Shown here: in pieces, positions 42,087 to 51,851 of the stretch
Layout of the letters: each line of letters opens with the position of its first letter
How positions within the stretch are numbered: position 1 is the stretch's first letter
DNA from: Candidatus Latescibacterota bacterium
GTDB lineage: Bacteria > Latescibacterota > UBA2968 > GCA-2709665
NCBI GenBank assembly: GCA_965219995.1
Contig: CBDCOX010000002.1
Span: 3,968,001 to 4,032,000 of the forward strand
DNA: 64,000 nucleotides
Reading direction: 5' to 3'
Program-made: the position numbers and the translations under genes
Notes under the pieces: model-generated
Told to the model about the DNA's origin: nothing
Databases searched by the model: none
Seen by the model: the letters and a program-made list of their open reading frames with translations, nothing else

Positions 42087-45000
42087 ATGGAAACGGATAA
42101 AGGGTCGGTCGGACTGAAAATCGATACCTTGAAGGAAATGCACCTGGAGACGGTGCTGGCGGCGGACGGCGATGCCAGCGCGAAGATCGTCATCGGGGAT
42201 ACTTCCGCGCACGAACGGCAGGCGGAGCGAATCGCGACAGGGATCGAGGCGGCCACGGGCGCCCGTCTGACCGTGGTCCGCGCCGGCGACGTGCCGGCTT
42301 CGAGAGGACGGCTCGATACGCACGTGGTTGCGCTGGGGAATATGTCCGACAACCCCTTCATCCGCTGGCTGTATTTCCAGTGGTGGGCCATCGAAGACCT
42401 CTGCTATCCCGGCGAGGGGGGTTATACGCTCCGGACGCTCCACAACCTTCTGGGAAACGGGAGGAATGTGGTCCTGCTGGGCGCCAGCGACGAGAACGGG
42501 CTGGACCTCGCGGCGTCCCGTTTTCTTTCCCGGGTCGGTGACGGCGGGACACTGCGTCTGGGGTGGCTGATGGACGTTGCGCCGGGCCCGGCATTCGATT
42601 CGCTCACCTGTCCGCCGGATGGGTGGCTCGACGAGCGGCGGGAGGACTATATCCGGCAGGTCAGCCAGCCGCATGCCTCTAAAGCCGGGGCGGGGCACGG
42701 TATGGTCACGGAGGCGGGAAGGCAGGGCTTCGCGTATCATCGGACGGGGTTCGAGGTCTTTGCGATGGCGCTCCGGGAGGCGGTGGATGCGCATCTGAAG
42801 ATGGGGGAACACGGGGTAATGGCCCATTTCAACGTGTGGTGGCTGGCGGTGATCTGGGACCTGATCGAGGAGAGTCCGGTATTTACGGACGCGGACCGCC
42901 TGCGGATCACGCGTTATCTGCTGTGGTTGATGGATTCGCACGAAGGCGCGTATAACCGGTTCTTCCGTGAGGGCGTGGGTCACCGGATGGTGCGCCAGAA
43001 CCACCAGACGCTGGTGGGCCTCTCGTCGTGGTTCGCGGGCAGGTACTTCGCCACGCACTACGGGATGCCCGAGGCACAGGAGTGGCAGGCGGCGTCGGCG
43101 GACCTGTTCAAGGGTCAGGCGGCGTCGTTCAAGCCGACCGAGGATGCGAACGCCTATCAGTGGACGACACTGGACCATCTCCTGACCTATACGCTGGCCA
43201 GCGGGGACGAGACGTACGTGGAAAACGGGAATTGCCGGCGGTCGCTGGACCAGGCCGTGTTGTACTGCAACAACCGGGGCGCCATGCCGCCATTCGGAGA
43301 CTCGGGGGGATGCCAGGTGCCGCCGCCCGCGAGTTTCCTGGTGAAGGCGGGGCACGTGCTGGGCGACGGACGCGCGGAGTTTCTGATTCGCACGCGGTCG
43401 GACCGGGTTTCGCTGATCCACGGATTCGAGAAATATTTCGGTGACGGCCTGGCCCCGAAAACGCCATCGGACATGGCCGGCGTGCGGGTGCTGGAGGTCG
43501 CGAAGGGGTATTACGATTTCGCCGCCGACCCGAAAGCGCGCCCGTCGGAGGTGAAGCCGCTGAATCTGCCGCGCCCTGAGGCGTTCGACACCCTGTGTTT
43601 CCGCGAGGGATTCGACCGTGACGATCAGTACCTGATGTTGCACGGGATTTCCTATGGAAACCACGGGCACGACGACGGAAACACCATCGTGGAGTTCTCG
43701 GCGAACGACCGTGTGTTCCTGGTGGATGCCTCATATACCGAGGGGCCCACCCTGAAACACCACAACGGATGCACGGCGGTGCGAAACGGAGAGCCGTGGG
43801 AGGTGCCCGCGCTGTGCCGGCTGGACGGCCTGGCGGACCTGGAACGCGTGGGAATCAGCCGGTCGTCCATGGAGGGAGAATGGGGCGCGAGTTGGACACG
43901 GAACGTGGTCTGGCGCAAGGGGCGTTTCTTCGTGATTATCGACGAAATCGAAGCAACGAAGGCCGGGACGTTCGCGCTTGAGTGCAACTGGCGCACGCTG
44001 GGGACGCCGTCGCTGGACGGGGACCGGCTGGAGGCCGTGCAACGGGACCCGGACAGCGGGCGGGAGGACCGGTTCCTGTTGGAAGGCGTTGGCAGCGACC
44101 GGGTGACGATGGAACGCGACTGGGAGGCCTTCGGGCACTGGTGGAAGGAATATCCGTATTCGGACGATTTCGTGAATATCCTGCGGCAGTCCGTCAGCCG
44201 CGAGATGGCGACGGGCGACCGGCATACGTTCATCAATCTGTTCTACGCGACAAACGACGCGAAACCGCTGGACGTCCGGATGCGGCGCGTCGGGGAGACC
44301 GCGGTCCTGATCGAGGGGTCGGAGGGACGGATGCTGGTTGGGACGGGAGGACCGGACGGCGCGTTTGCGATGGGGCCGATTTCGGGTGAAGCCGACGTCT
44401 ACGTGATTGGCGAGGGTTGGTTCGCCCTCTGCGGAGGACGGCGGTTGTTGCGCGGGAAAACGACGCTTTTCGAATGCGACCGCCCGGTGTCGGTTGAGGT
44501 CGATCTGGAGTCGGGCGCCGGCGTCTCGGACACAACCGGAAACGCTGGCGCGACGCTGTTCGGTCAGCGACGAACGCTTGCCGAAGGGAGACACCGTCTC
44601 GGCGTGCCAACCGAGGACGCCGAGACCCCTCTCGATGGGATATGGGACGTTCCCGAGTGGGAATCCGGCGCCGGGAGACGGTTGGGCCGTGTTTCAGACG
44701 CGGGATTGCGCAGCATCTGGTCGCACGACTTCGGGTCCGCTGTCCGATGCGTAGCGCGCCGCGGCAGCGGCTCGGTCGCGGGTACGCAGGACGGACGTGT
44801 GATCGCGTTGGGCGAGGACGGGGAGCCGTCCTGGACGTTTCGCGCAGGGGACGCGGTGCTGTCGGTGTGTGCCGCGGGGCCGCCGGGCGACGTTGACGCT
44901 CCGGTGGCGGTTGGAGCGAACGACCGGCGCCTCACCTTCCTCGAGGGCGACGGGGTGGAGCGATGGTCCCACAGGTTCGAGATCTTCCGCGGCGGATGGG

Positions 45001-45791
45001 CCTGGTATACCCGGAATTCCTCCGTCGAAGTGGTCAAGGCCGCCGACCTCCGCGGCACAGGACGGCCGGACGTCCTCGCCGCGGTCACGGACCGGCAACT
45101 CCATTGTTTCGACGCGGACGGCAACAAGCGATGGAATTTCTTCATCTACGGAATTTTCGATCCATTCTGCATTGCGGACGTGAACGGGGACGGCCTGCCC
45201 GAGGTGGTCGGCGGGCCGGGCAGGATTTCCTGCGGGGGGACCTGCTACGTGCTGGATGCGGACGGTAGGGAGATGGCCAGCAACGGGCTGGACGGGTGGC
45301 CGTCCATGCTGCCGGGGTGCGACGTGTATCTTTACGGGAACGGCGACAATCTGATCGCGTGCGGAACGACCCGGTCGAAAGTCCACGCGCTGAGACTGGA
45401 CGGCGAGTCGCTGACGCGCCTCTGGACGCGGGAAGTGGGCGAAGAAGTGCACGCGGTCGCGGCCGTCGACCTGGACGGCGACGGGAAGCCCGAGGTGGCG
45501 GCCGGTTCGGACTGTTTCTACCTCTATCTGTTCGATGAAGACGGCACAGAGCGATGGCGGGCCAATCTGCAGGCTCCCGTACGGCGGTTGTTCGCCGCCG
45601 ACGTCAACCGGGATGGTGCTCCGGAGATCGTCGCGGGATGTGAGGACGGAAGCGTGTGGGTCCTGGACGGGGACGGAAGCACTCTGGCCGTCCATCGCAC
45701 GGAGGCGAAGATCCACGCCCTGACGCCCCACGCCGAAGGCCGCCTTCTGCTGGGAACTTCAGACGGGACCCTGTCGCTGCTGGGGCTGTGA
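42087..45791 (+). CDS. Uncharacterised ~1234-aa lyase-like plus beta-propeller protein (paralog 3, close paralog of 13678..17415)
   Basis: GGAGG RBS then ATG at 42087; colinear over its full length with 13678..17415, with long identical peptide blocks. Confidence 0.75.
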   Translation: METDKGSVGLKIDTLKEMHLETVLAADGDASAKIVIGDTSAHERQAERIATGIEAATGARLTVVRAGDVPASRGRLDTHVVALGNMSDNPFIRWLYFQWWAIEDLCYPGEGGYTLRTLHNLLGNGRNVVLLGASDENGLDLAASRFLSRVGDGGTLRLGWLMDVAPGPAFDSLTCPPDGWLDERREDYIRQVSQPHASKAGAGHGMVTEAGRQGFAYHRTGFEVFAMALREAVDAHLKMGEHGVMAHFNVWWLAVIWDLIEESPVFTDADRLRITRYLLWLMDSHEGAYNRFFREGVGHRMVRQNHQTLVGLSSWFAGRYFATHYGMPEAQEWQAASADLFKGQAASFKPTEDANAYQWTTLDHLLTYTLASGDETYVENGNCRRSLDQAVLYCNNRGAMPPFGDSGGCQVPPPASFLVKAGHVLGDGRAEFLIRTRSDRVSLIHGFEKYFGDGLAPKTPSDMAGVRVLEVAKGYYDFAADPKARPSEVKPLNLPRPEAFDTLCFREGFDRDDQYLMLHGISYGNHGHDDGNTIVEFSANDRVFLVDASYTEGPTLKHHNGCTAVRNGEPWEVPALCRLDGLADLERVGISRSSMEGEWGASWTRNVVWRKGRFFVIIDEIEATKAGTFALECNWRTLGTPSLDGDRLEAVQRDPDSGREDRFLLEGVGSDRVTMERDWEAFGHWWKEYPYSDDFVNILRQSVSREMATGDRHTFINLFYATNDAKPLDVRMRRVGETAVLIEGSEGRMLVGTGGPDGAFAMGPISGEADVYVIGEGWFALCGGRRLLRGKTTLFECDRPVSVEVDLESGAGVSDTTGNAGATLFGQRRTLAEGRHRLGVPTEDAETPLDGIWDVPEWESGAGRRLGRVSDAGLRSIWSHDFGSAVRCVARRGSGSVAGTQDGRVIALGEDGEPSWTFRAGDAVLSVCAAGPPGDVDAPVAVGANDRRLTFLEGDGVERWSHRFEIFRGGWAWYTRNSSVEVVKAADLRGTGRPDVLAAVTDRQLHCFDADGNKRWNFFIYGIFDPFCIADVNGDGLPEVVGGPGRISCGGTCYVLDADGREMASNGLDGWPSMLPGCDVYLYGNGDNLIACGTTRSKVHALRLDGESLTRLWTREVGEEVHAVAAVDLDGDGKPEVAAGSDCFYLYLFDEDGTERWRANLQAPVRRLFAADVNRDGAPEIVAGCEDGSVWVLDGDGSTLAVHRTEAKIHALTPHAEGRLLLGTSDGTLSLLGL

Positions 45792-46109
45792 TTGCGCCAG
45801 TGTCACCTGCAGGAGTTCAATCTGGGTGGTGTCAAAGCGCGATTGTTCACTTTGGTTGTTTCAACATTCATAACGCAACGCCTCGATTACGGCTGAAATC
45901 CGGGTCGGAACCCCAACGCTGTCGTTCACTTTGAGCAGGTCGCTGACGAAGTTCGGGGCGCGGAACACACTCTTGGTCCGTTTTTTCTCACGGTTTCGAA
46001 GACGGAAAGCGCGCGTTCGTTTGTGATGGTTCCGAAACGACGCGTGGAATTAAGAAAATCCAGCGGATTTCGGTCCTTGAGGCTCCGTTAAATGCGGTCG
46101 ATATCGTAT

Positions 46110-47261
46110 CTAATGCAAGTGACGAAGTCGAATATCGCGGAAGGCTGTTTTACATTGCCACACGTTTAGCGCAATCGGACCCGACTGGTAGCTGAATTCC
46201 GTCAACTGGTTGACCAGCCTGCCGTCAATATATGAGGTTAGGGATGCGTCCCTCGCGGCGATTTGGACGTCGTACTCCTGTCCCCGTTCGATGGGAAAAT
46301 TAACCACGCTCAGTTTTTTGAGTCCTTCGGGAGCGACTTTGCTAATCGCGATGGCCTGCCATCCCAAGAGGAAGTCGAGGACATACCAGTTCCGCTCGTC
46401 TTCGGACATTCGAAAGAATACCTGAGCGTTGCCGCCTGAAATGGGCGTAATGAGGAGAGACAGTTCGTAATTCTTCCAGGACGAGTCCCCAATGATCAAC
46501 GGAAAACCCTCGTCGCTGGAGGGATCAGCTTCGCCCACGATTCCGTCGCCGGTGCGGGTCCAGACGTGATCACTGGTCGCTTTACTCTGCTTCCGTGCGG
46601 GTCGCCACTCTGCCAATCCATCGCTCTCGATCAATTTCTGCCAGTGGATGACCCCTCTCATTCCGGCAACAACCTGCCGTCCGTAATCTTCCTGTCTATC
46701 TCGTTTGTCGAGCGTATCATGTTCCATGCTTGAAAGCCTCCTTTTCAGTCTTTGGCGCGATCTGTGTAACCGGCTCTTGACCGTTCCCACTGGTATGCCC
46801 ACGGTGTTGGCAATTTGATCTTGAGGTAATCCGACAAGATAATATAGCGTCGTAACGGTGCGGTCCGCCGCAGGAAGCGACTTGATGGCATCTCTTAGGG
46901 CCGACGTACGGTCTGGATGTATCCCTTTCTCAGTATGAGCAAGTTGTGAGTATTCCCGCATTCTGGATAGTCCCCGCGCTTCAAGGGTTCGCTTTCTGAC
47001 CCACTTGCGGGCTACGTTACGCGCAATCGAATGAAGCCAGGACGGGAATTTTCCGGAATCATCAAGTTGGTCCAAATTCCGAAACGCGAGAATGAACGTC
47101 TCTTGCGCGGCATCAGCGGTGTCATCGGAATCTTGAAGCAGGCCGCAAATCGTACCGAACACTAATGACCGGTACCGGTTCACCAAGTCGGTAATTGCAG
47201 TTTCAACTCCGCGGCGGGCTTGAAAAACCAAAGTGTTGTCGCATGGCGACGGCGCATCCAT
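46110..47261 (-). CDS. ECF sigma-70 factor with C-terminal DUF1080-like (3-keto-disaccharide hydrolase-like) domain
   Basis: Region 2 'DAAQETFILAF..L..L.D...FPSWLHSIARN'; region 4 'IANTVGIPVGTVKSRLHRSR'; C-terminal 'WKNYELSL', 'SGPIAL', 'FRDIRLR'; GAGG RBS before the ATG at 47261. Confidence 0.8.
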   Translation of the reverse strand: MDAPSPCDNTLVFQARRGVETAITDLVNRYRSLVFGTICGLLQDSDDTADAAQETFILAFRNLDQLDDSGKFPSWLHSIARNVARKWVRKRTLEARGLSRMREYSQLAHTEKGIHPDRTSALRDAIKSLPAADRTVTTLYYLVGLPQDQIANTVGIPVGTVKSRLHRSRQRLKRRLSSMEHDTLDKRDRQEDYGRQVVAGMRGVIHWQKLIESDGLAEWRPARKQSKATSDHVWTRTGDGIVGEADPSSDEGFPLIIGDSSWKNYELSLLITPISGGNAQVFFRMSEDERNWYVLDFLLGWQAIAISKVAPEGLKKLSVVNFPIERGQEYDVQIAARDASLTSYIDGRLVNQLTEFSYQSGPIALNVWQCKTAFRDIRLRHLH

Positions 47262-47294
47262 CGAAATGCCTCGATTTGTGGTTTCACCGTTTAG

Positions 47295-48847
47295 CCTCAA
47301 TGTGAAATAAATCAGGCGGCATTCTGTAGTGCGTTGCAGATTTTGCGGTATTGTTTTTCGGTGTGCTTGTTGCGTTGGAGACGCAGGGTAAGCCGCCCTT
47401 CGGGTCGGATAAGGTGTCCGGCGCGGTTGATGATCTCGAACCGGAGGGTGCGTATGGATTTGAGGGGCCATCGGTTGGTATTTTTCAAGGTGCGATTGCG
47501 TTTTGTCAGTCCGGTTTCAATTTGGAAGTTGACCAGGAGGTTGTGCGCGAGAATGACGAACTGTTGCCAGGCACTATTGGCGTCGTAATTGTGTGTGGGG
47601 ATGGTATCGAAGCTGAGACCGGTCTTGAGTTCGCCGATGGCTTTCTCGTGGATGCCACGTCCTGCCATGAAGCGCCAGAGCGCGCGCAACTTGAAGGGTA
47701 GATTGGTGGCCACCGCGGAGTATTCGAAGGTGCCGTCATCGGGATCGAACAGGTCCAACTGGTAGTTCTTGCGGGTTTTATGGAAGACGCGTTTTCGAAA
47801 GATGGCGATGTTGAGGGTGCGTTCCCATTTTTTGACCGTCAGCGTTGACGGAAAGCCGTCGACGCCTTTCTCGATGCGCTGCCAGTTGCTGCATTGACGG
47901 ATTTTGTGCTGTAAGTCCAGGCCTTTCCAGAAGGGCACCTTGATGGCATACGAGGCCTTGTTCTTGATAAGCGTGTTCACCACATCCTCTTTGAAAAAGT
48001 CGCCATCCATGCGGAATCGCAGGGTGTAGGCGTGCCCCAAGCTTTCTTTGATCTGAGAGAACACATCTTTTAGAAACCCGATGGAGGCGCTGCCATCGTT
48101 GATGTTGCCGGGCCGGTTGTGCGCGCGGAGAAAATGACCGCTGTCGGCCAGGTAGGCGGTAATCGGATAGTAACTGGGGACTTTGCGATGATGCGGATTA
48201 TACCCGCGGTGGGCGCCGCCGACGCGTTTGCCCGTGCACAAGACGGTGCCGTCCACGTCGATCGTCAATTTTCGTGCGCGCAACAACTTGATCTTATGAG
48301 CAACCACGGCGGCGTTGAGGGCTTTCAGGGCGTCGAGACCCTTGTCGGTAAACCGTCTCAGAAACAGGCTCATACTGCGGGGGGTCGGTAAATCCTTCAG
48401 ACCGCAAAACCGCTGCAGCAGGGGATCTCCTTTCAAGAAATCCAGATGCCGCAACCGACGGCCGCCTATCCACAGCAAACCCAACAGAACACGGGAAAGG
48501 CTCACCACACCGAAGTCGCCGCCAAAGCACGCACTGCCCAGGTGACGGCGCAATTGCCTGTTCCAATCGATGGTTCGCAAATAGCGCATCAACAACTCCA
48601 AACCCGCATACGAGGTGAGGCCTTCACCCGTGAATTCCATCTTCAAATCGTCGTTGACACGCGCGTGCAAATCGGCTTTCTTTCGTCTCACTGTACGTGG
48701 CCTTTCGTTTTGGGTGAATTGGGGGTTTCGTCGCTTCCCAATATACCAAAATGGAAGGCCTTTTCCTATTGAAAAATAGAGACTTATCACCATATTTGCT
48801 TCGTCTTCAATACACCGAAATTCATCAACATTATTTTCACATTGAGG
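47295..48847 (-). mobile_element. Complete IS1380-family insertion sequence (1553 bp)
   Basis: Perfect 13-bp TIRs CCTCAATGTGAAA (47295-47307) and TTTCACATTGAGG (48835-48847); 4-bp target duplication TTAG at 47291-47294 and 48848-48851. Confidence 0.92.
47312..48691 (-). CDS. IS1380-family DDE transposase
   Basis: 'LTSYAGL', 'TIDVDGT', 'GYNPH', 'RPGN', 'FRMDGDF', 'RGIHEKAIGELK'. GTG start at 48691 is assumed; the ORF is open to 48793. Confidence 0.9.
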   Translation of the reverse strand: MRRKKADLHARVNDDLKMEFTGEGLTSYAGLELLMRYLRTIDWNRQLRRHLGSACFGGDFGVVSLSRVLLGLLWIGGRRLRHLDFLKGDPLLQRFCGLKDLPTPRSMSLFLRRFTDKGLDALKALNAAVVAHKIKLLRARKLTIDVDGTVLCTGKRVGGAHRGYNPHHRKVPSYYPITAYLADSGHFLRAHNRPGNINDGSASIGFLKDVFSQIKESLGHAYTLRFRMDGDFFKEDVVNTLIKNKASYAIKVPFWKGLDLQHKIRQCSNWQRIEKGVDGFPSTLTVKKWERTLNIAIFRKRVFHKTRKNYQLDLFDPDDGTFEYSAVATNLPFKLRALWRFMAGRGIHEKAIGELKTGLSFDTIPTHNYDANSAWQQFVILAHNLLVNFQIETGLTKRNRTLKNTNRWPLKSIRTLRFEIINRAGHLIRPEGRLTLRLQRNKHTEKQYRKICNALQNAA

Positions 48848-48874
48848 TTAGATCCCATTCTTGGTACAAGGTTC
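48848..48874 (-). promoter_or_regulatory. Putative ECF-sigma promoter GAACCT-N16-TCTAA, overlapping the IS target site
   Basis: Minus strand reads GAACCT tgtaccaagaatggga TCTAA, close to the sigmaE-type consensus GAACTT-N16-TCTRA. Confidence 0.55.
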
Positions 48875-48999
48875 ACGGTTTTTCGCAGCACACATGCGGA
48901 ACAGACGAATAAGCTGCATCGAGTTCGCTGTAGCGCATCATTGTCCACAGACTCTCGCCAGACCTATTCGGGTCAATCGCCCGGAAAATTCAATAGGCG

Positions 49000-50835
49000 C
49001 TATTTGTCACTTTCCTCAGATTTCAACCAGGATGCGGCGCTCGTCGTGATTACGTCCATCGCTCTATCCAGGGCCACGTCCCGGCCGTTGTAGATATCCT
49101 CCCTGGTGGGACGAACCTCTACGTCCGGAATAACGCCGATTCCGACAAATTCCCTCCCGTCCGGATAGGTATCACGTTTGGTACAGATCCTGGCCGTGCC
49201 GCCCGGGAGCGAGACAAGAAGCGGTTGACCCGTGGTACCTGCCGTTTTCTCGCCGACCAGCGTGGCCCGCTTATTGTGATGTAGAGTGATCAGGAAGTCT
49301 TCCGCCGCACTGACCGTGCCCGGTCCGATCAATACGACGAGCGGACCGAGAAAGGGATTCGGCGTTCCGGGCTGGACGGGTTCGTGTGTCCCTTCGTACC
49401 ACTTCTCTCCATAATCCCAGGCTCGAAATGAAGGCATGTATTGCCGTGTCTTCCACCGGGCTCCGGTCAGGGTTCTGTCGGTCAGATAGCCGATGATGGC
49501 CGACCCGTTGCGTGTATCGCCTCCCCCGTTATCCCTCACGTCAATGATGAGTCCCTTCGCTTTTTTTACTTTACGAAAGACGTCGTCGAACTGTTCAACA
49601 ACATCCCCGGAAGCAAACGTGCGGATTGCCAGGTACGCGATCCCCTGGGAAATTTCTCTAAATTCGAAGTTGGGAAGCTGGGTCCACGGTCTATCTTCCC
49701 ATTTTGAACGTCGGATCAACGTCAGGTTCCGCGTGGCGCCATCGGATCCCCTGATGCGAATATTGACAGAACTGTTTCGAAGTCCCTCAAGGATTTTTCC
49801 ATAGGCCTCCAGGTCCCGCCCCTGAGGTGTAGATGAGGAAATGTAGGGATAGATTTCTTGTTCCAATTTCTTCTGCGCAGTGAGGCCATCAACGTGGGTA
49901 ATCTCGTCGCCCCGTTTCAATTCCGATGTGCCAATCTCGCTGGATGTGCCAATGTCTACGATAACCGCCTTTCCATCGACTGGACGAATGAGCAATGGCG
50001 GACCGCCCGTCGCTGAGGTTGGGACTCGCGGCCAAACTCCTGTATGACCATCATTGAGTCGGGCGATGCAGCGCTGCAACAATCGATAGTACTGACCATA
50101 TGATTGCTCTTCCATCACTCTTGAAAGGTATTCTTCGAGTACCGTGTCCCAGTTGAGATCCGGGACCTGATCGAAGAACGCGAAGTTGTATTTCACTTCA
50201 CTCCATAGGCGGACAAACCCCGTCACGCGTTCGTTGGCCGTGAGTTTCGGGATGGGCATGTGTTCCGTAGCGGTCAACACATTCCAGTTTCCCCTCTGCT
50301 GGTTAGCTATTCCGCCGATCTTCAGGTATTCTTCGTAAGCGCGCCGGTTCTCGGCGGGATCGGTCTGGACGCGGAAGCGCATCGCAATCTTGCCGTCCTT
50401 GAGGTCATATCTGGCGACCGCCAGGCAGGGCGTGTAACGGAATTGGCGAAGGAAGCCCCTGGCTCTGGGAAAAAAAGAACCCCCGCCACCAATTTTCCCT
50501 TGATCAGACACAAAACGCAAGTCCACAAAGTCACCTGATATGCCCAGGGAATCATTATCGGAGATCCAGCCTATGTAGATTTCCCGCAAACCGTAGGGAT
50601 TATTACCGCACCTTAGTCGAGCTGCCTCGTTTTCTCCCAAGGCAATTTCGATCCGCTCGCCCAGCTCGTATTGACGATCGACGACCGCAATGCGCCTTAA
50701 GTGATCGGCAAGCTTCCGGGAGGTTAGCCTGCCTAGTATTCGGCCTGCCTTTGCGCCTCCATCAGCGTGAGCCTCTACTTGCACTGGATGCGCGAAGATT
50801 ACGACGATTAGCAAAGCTGCACGAAACAGGTTCAT
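49000..50835 (-). CDS. S41 family peptidase (PDZ plus catalytic domain), secreted
   Basis: Signal peptide; 'LNDGHT', 'LIIDVRDNGGG', 'TVSAAEDF', 'GEKTAG', 'GIGVIPDVEV'. Confidence 0.9.
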   Translation of the reverse strand: MNLFRAALLIVVIFAHPVQVEAHADGGAKAGRILGRLTSRKLADHLRRIAVVDRQYELGERIEIALGENEAARLRCGNNPYGLREIYIGWISDNDSLGISGDFVDLRFVSDQGKIGGGGSFFPRARGFLRQFRYTPCLAVARYDLKDGKIAMRFRVQTDPAENRRAYEEYLKIGGIANQQRGNWNVLTATEHMPIPKLTANERVTGFVRLWSEVKYNFAFFDQVPDLNWDTVLEEYLSRVMEEQSYGQYYRLLQRCIARLNDGHTGVWPRVPTSATGGPPLLIRPVDGKAVIVDIGTSSEIGTSELKRGDEITHVDGLTAQKKLEQEIYPYISSSTPQGRDLEAYGKILEGLRNSSVNIRIRGSDGATRNLTLIRRSKWEDRPWTQLPNFEFREISQGIAYLAIRTFASGDVVEQFDDVFRKVKKAKGLIIDVRDNGGGDTRNGSAIIGYLTDRTLTGARWKTRQYMPSFRAWDYGEKWYEGTHEPVQPGTPNPFLGPLVVLIGPGTVSAAEDFLITLHHNKRATLVGEKTAGTTGQPLLVSLPGGTARICTKRDTYPDGREFVGIGVIPDVEVRPTREDIYNGRDVALDRAMDVITTSAASWLKSEESDK

Positions 50836-51785
50836 CTCAAACCTCCTTTGCCAGGCTGGAAGATGGCATCCCTGACGTGGACGAGATCGTCAGAGTCGGG
50901 TTCGTATAGCAATTCTTGCGTCATTAGATGCGACGGTGCATGCTCGGCTACATATCCCCTGCATGGCGTTGTGTAGACGATCCCTTCGACTGAATCTATG
51001 AGTGTCTCGGCTTCTGTGTTGTCCATAAGCGCCACCGGGACGTCGCCCTTTACGTCCACATGTTCCCGGACCAGTGTCCGGTATCCCGGTTCGGACTCAG
51101 CATCCCGCAGGATCAGCCCGATCTTTAAGCCGTTCAGCCTGCGTACGCCTTCAAAAAATGACCTGGAGAGTTCGACGCTAACGCCTTGAATGCCTTTGGC
51201 TCGCTGTTTCAGTCGCTGCTGAACTTCCGCGAGGTGCCAGTGAGTGGTCAGCACATAGTGCGTAGAGGATGGGAGCGAATCCATATTCTCCTGTAGTCGA
51301 TTCAAGTCTATTCCAACAACGTGGCGGCCCCATGCCTCACGGGTTGCAGCCGCAAAGTCGTCCGCCTGGTATTGACTGCATTCGATGAAGGCACACTTGG
51401 CGTAGCGTCGGTCGTGATCCACGGCAGCCTTTTCAAATGCAGAAACAAACTGAACGCCATCGAATCCCCTGGCCTCTGCTTCTTTCACCATCCGGAGGGC
51501 GAGCGCGTCAGCCTGCGACGCGGATACTCGTCCATGAGATTGAAGGGTGCCAGCGGCAACCACGGCCTTCTTACCCTGCCGGATCGTCAGTGTTCCTTCG
51601 CTCTCCAGTTCCAGATAAGCTCGGCGAATGGTATTGCGGTTCACGCCGAGCTCCGCTTCCAATACCCGAATGGAAGGCAGAGGATCTCCGGGGCGAAGCT
51701 CTCCCACAGAGATGGCATACAAGATCTGGTCTTTAATCTGAAGGTAGATGGATGTTCTGGAATCCTGATCTACTGAAAAACGCAT
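50832..51785 (-). CDS. GntR family (YtrA-like wHTH) transcriptional regulator with long C-terminal domain
   Basis: 'IYLQIKDQI...GELRPGDPLPSIRVL..ELGVNRNTIRRAYLELESEG'; AGGAGG RBS; 4-bp overlap with the S41 gene. Confidence 0.9.
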   Translation of the reverse strand: MRFSVDQDSRTSIYLQIKDQILYAISVGELRPGDPLPSIRVLEAELGVNRNTIRRAYLELESEGTLTIRQGKKAVVAAGTLQSHGRVSASQADALALRMVKEAEARGFDGVQFVSAFEKAAVDHDRRYAKCAFIECSQYQADDFAAATREAWGRHVVGIDLNRLQENMDSLPSSTHYVLTTHWHLAEVQQRLKQRAKGIQGVSVELSRSFFEGVRRLNGLKIGLILRDAESEPGYRTLVREHVDVKGDVPVALMDNTEAETLIDSVEGIVYTTPCRGYVAEHAPSHLMTQELLYEPDSDDLVHVRDAIFQPGKGGLR

Positions 51786-51808
51786 AATTCCTCCTGGATC
51801 AACTGTTA

Positions 51809-51851
51809 TACTGTTATATTTAAACATAACAGTAGATATTCTTTTTGTCAA
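51809..51851 (-). promoter_or_regulatory. Sigma70 promoter overlapped by a palindromic operator upstream of gntR
   Basis: TTGACA (51851-51846)-N17-TATGTT (51828-51823); palindrome TACTGTTAT-aTTTAAAc-ATAACAGTA (51809-51834). Confidence 0.7.

Noticed and set aside
47262-47471. N-terminal extension of the sigma ORF given in the track (start 47471)
   Set aside because: It runs through the IS end and the transposase 3' end; the real start is more plausibly the ATG at 47261 with a GAGG RBS
45800-49000. Integron cassette array (attC sites) in the low-GC island
   Set aside because: No convincing RYYYAAC...GTTRRRY paired sites and no integrase
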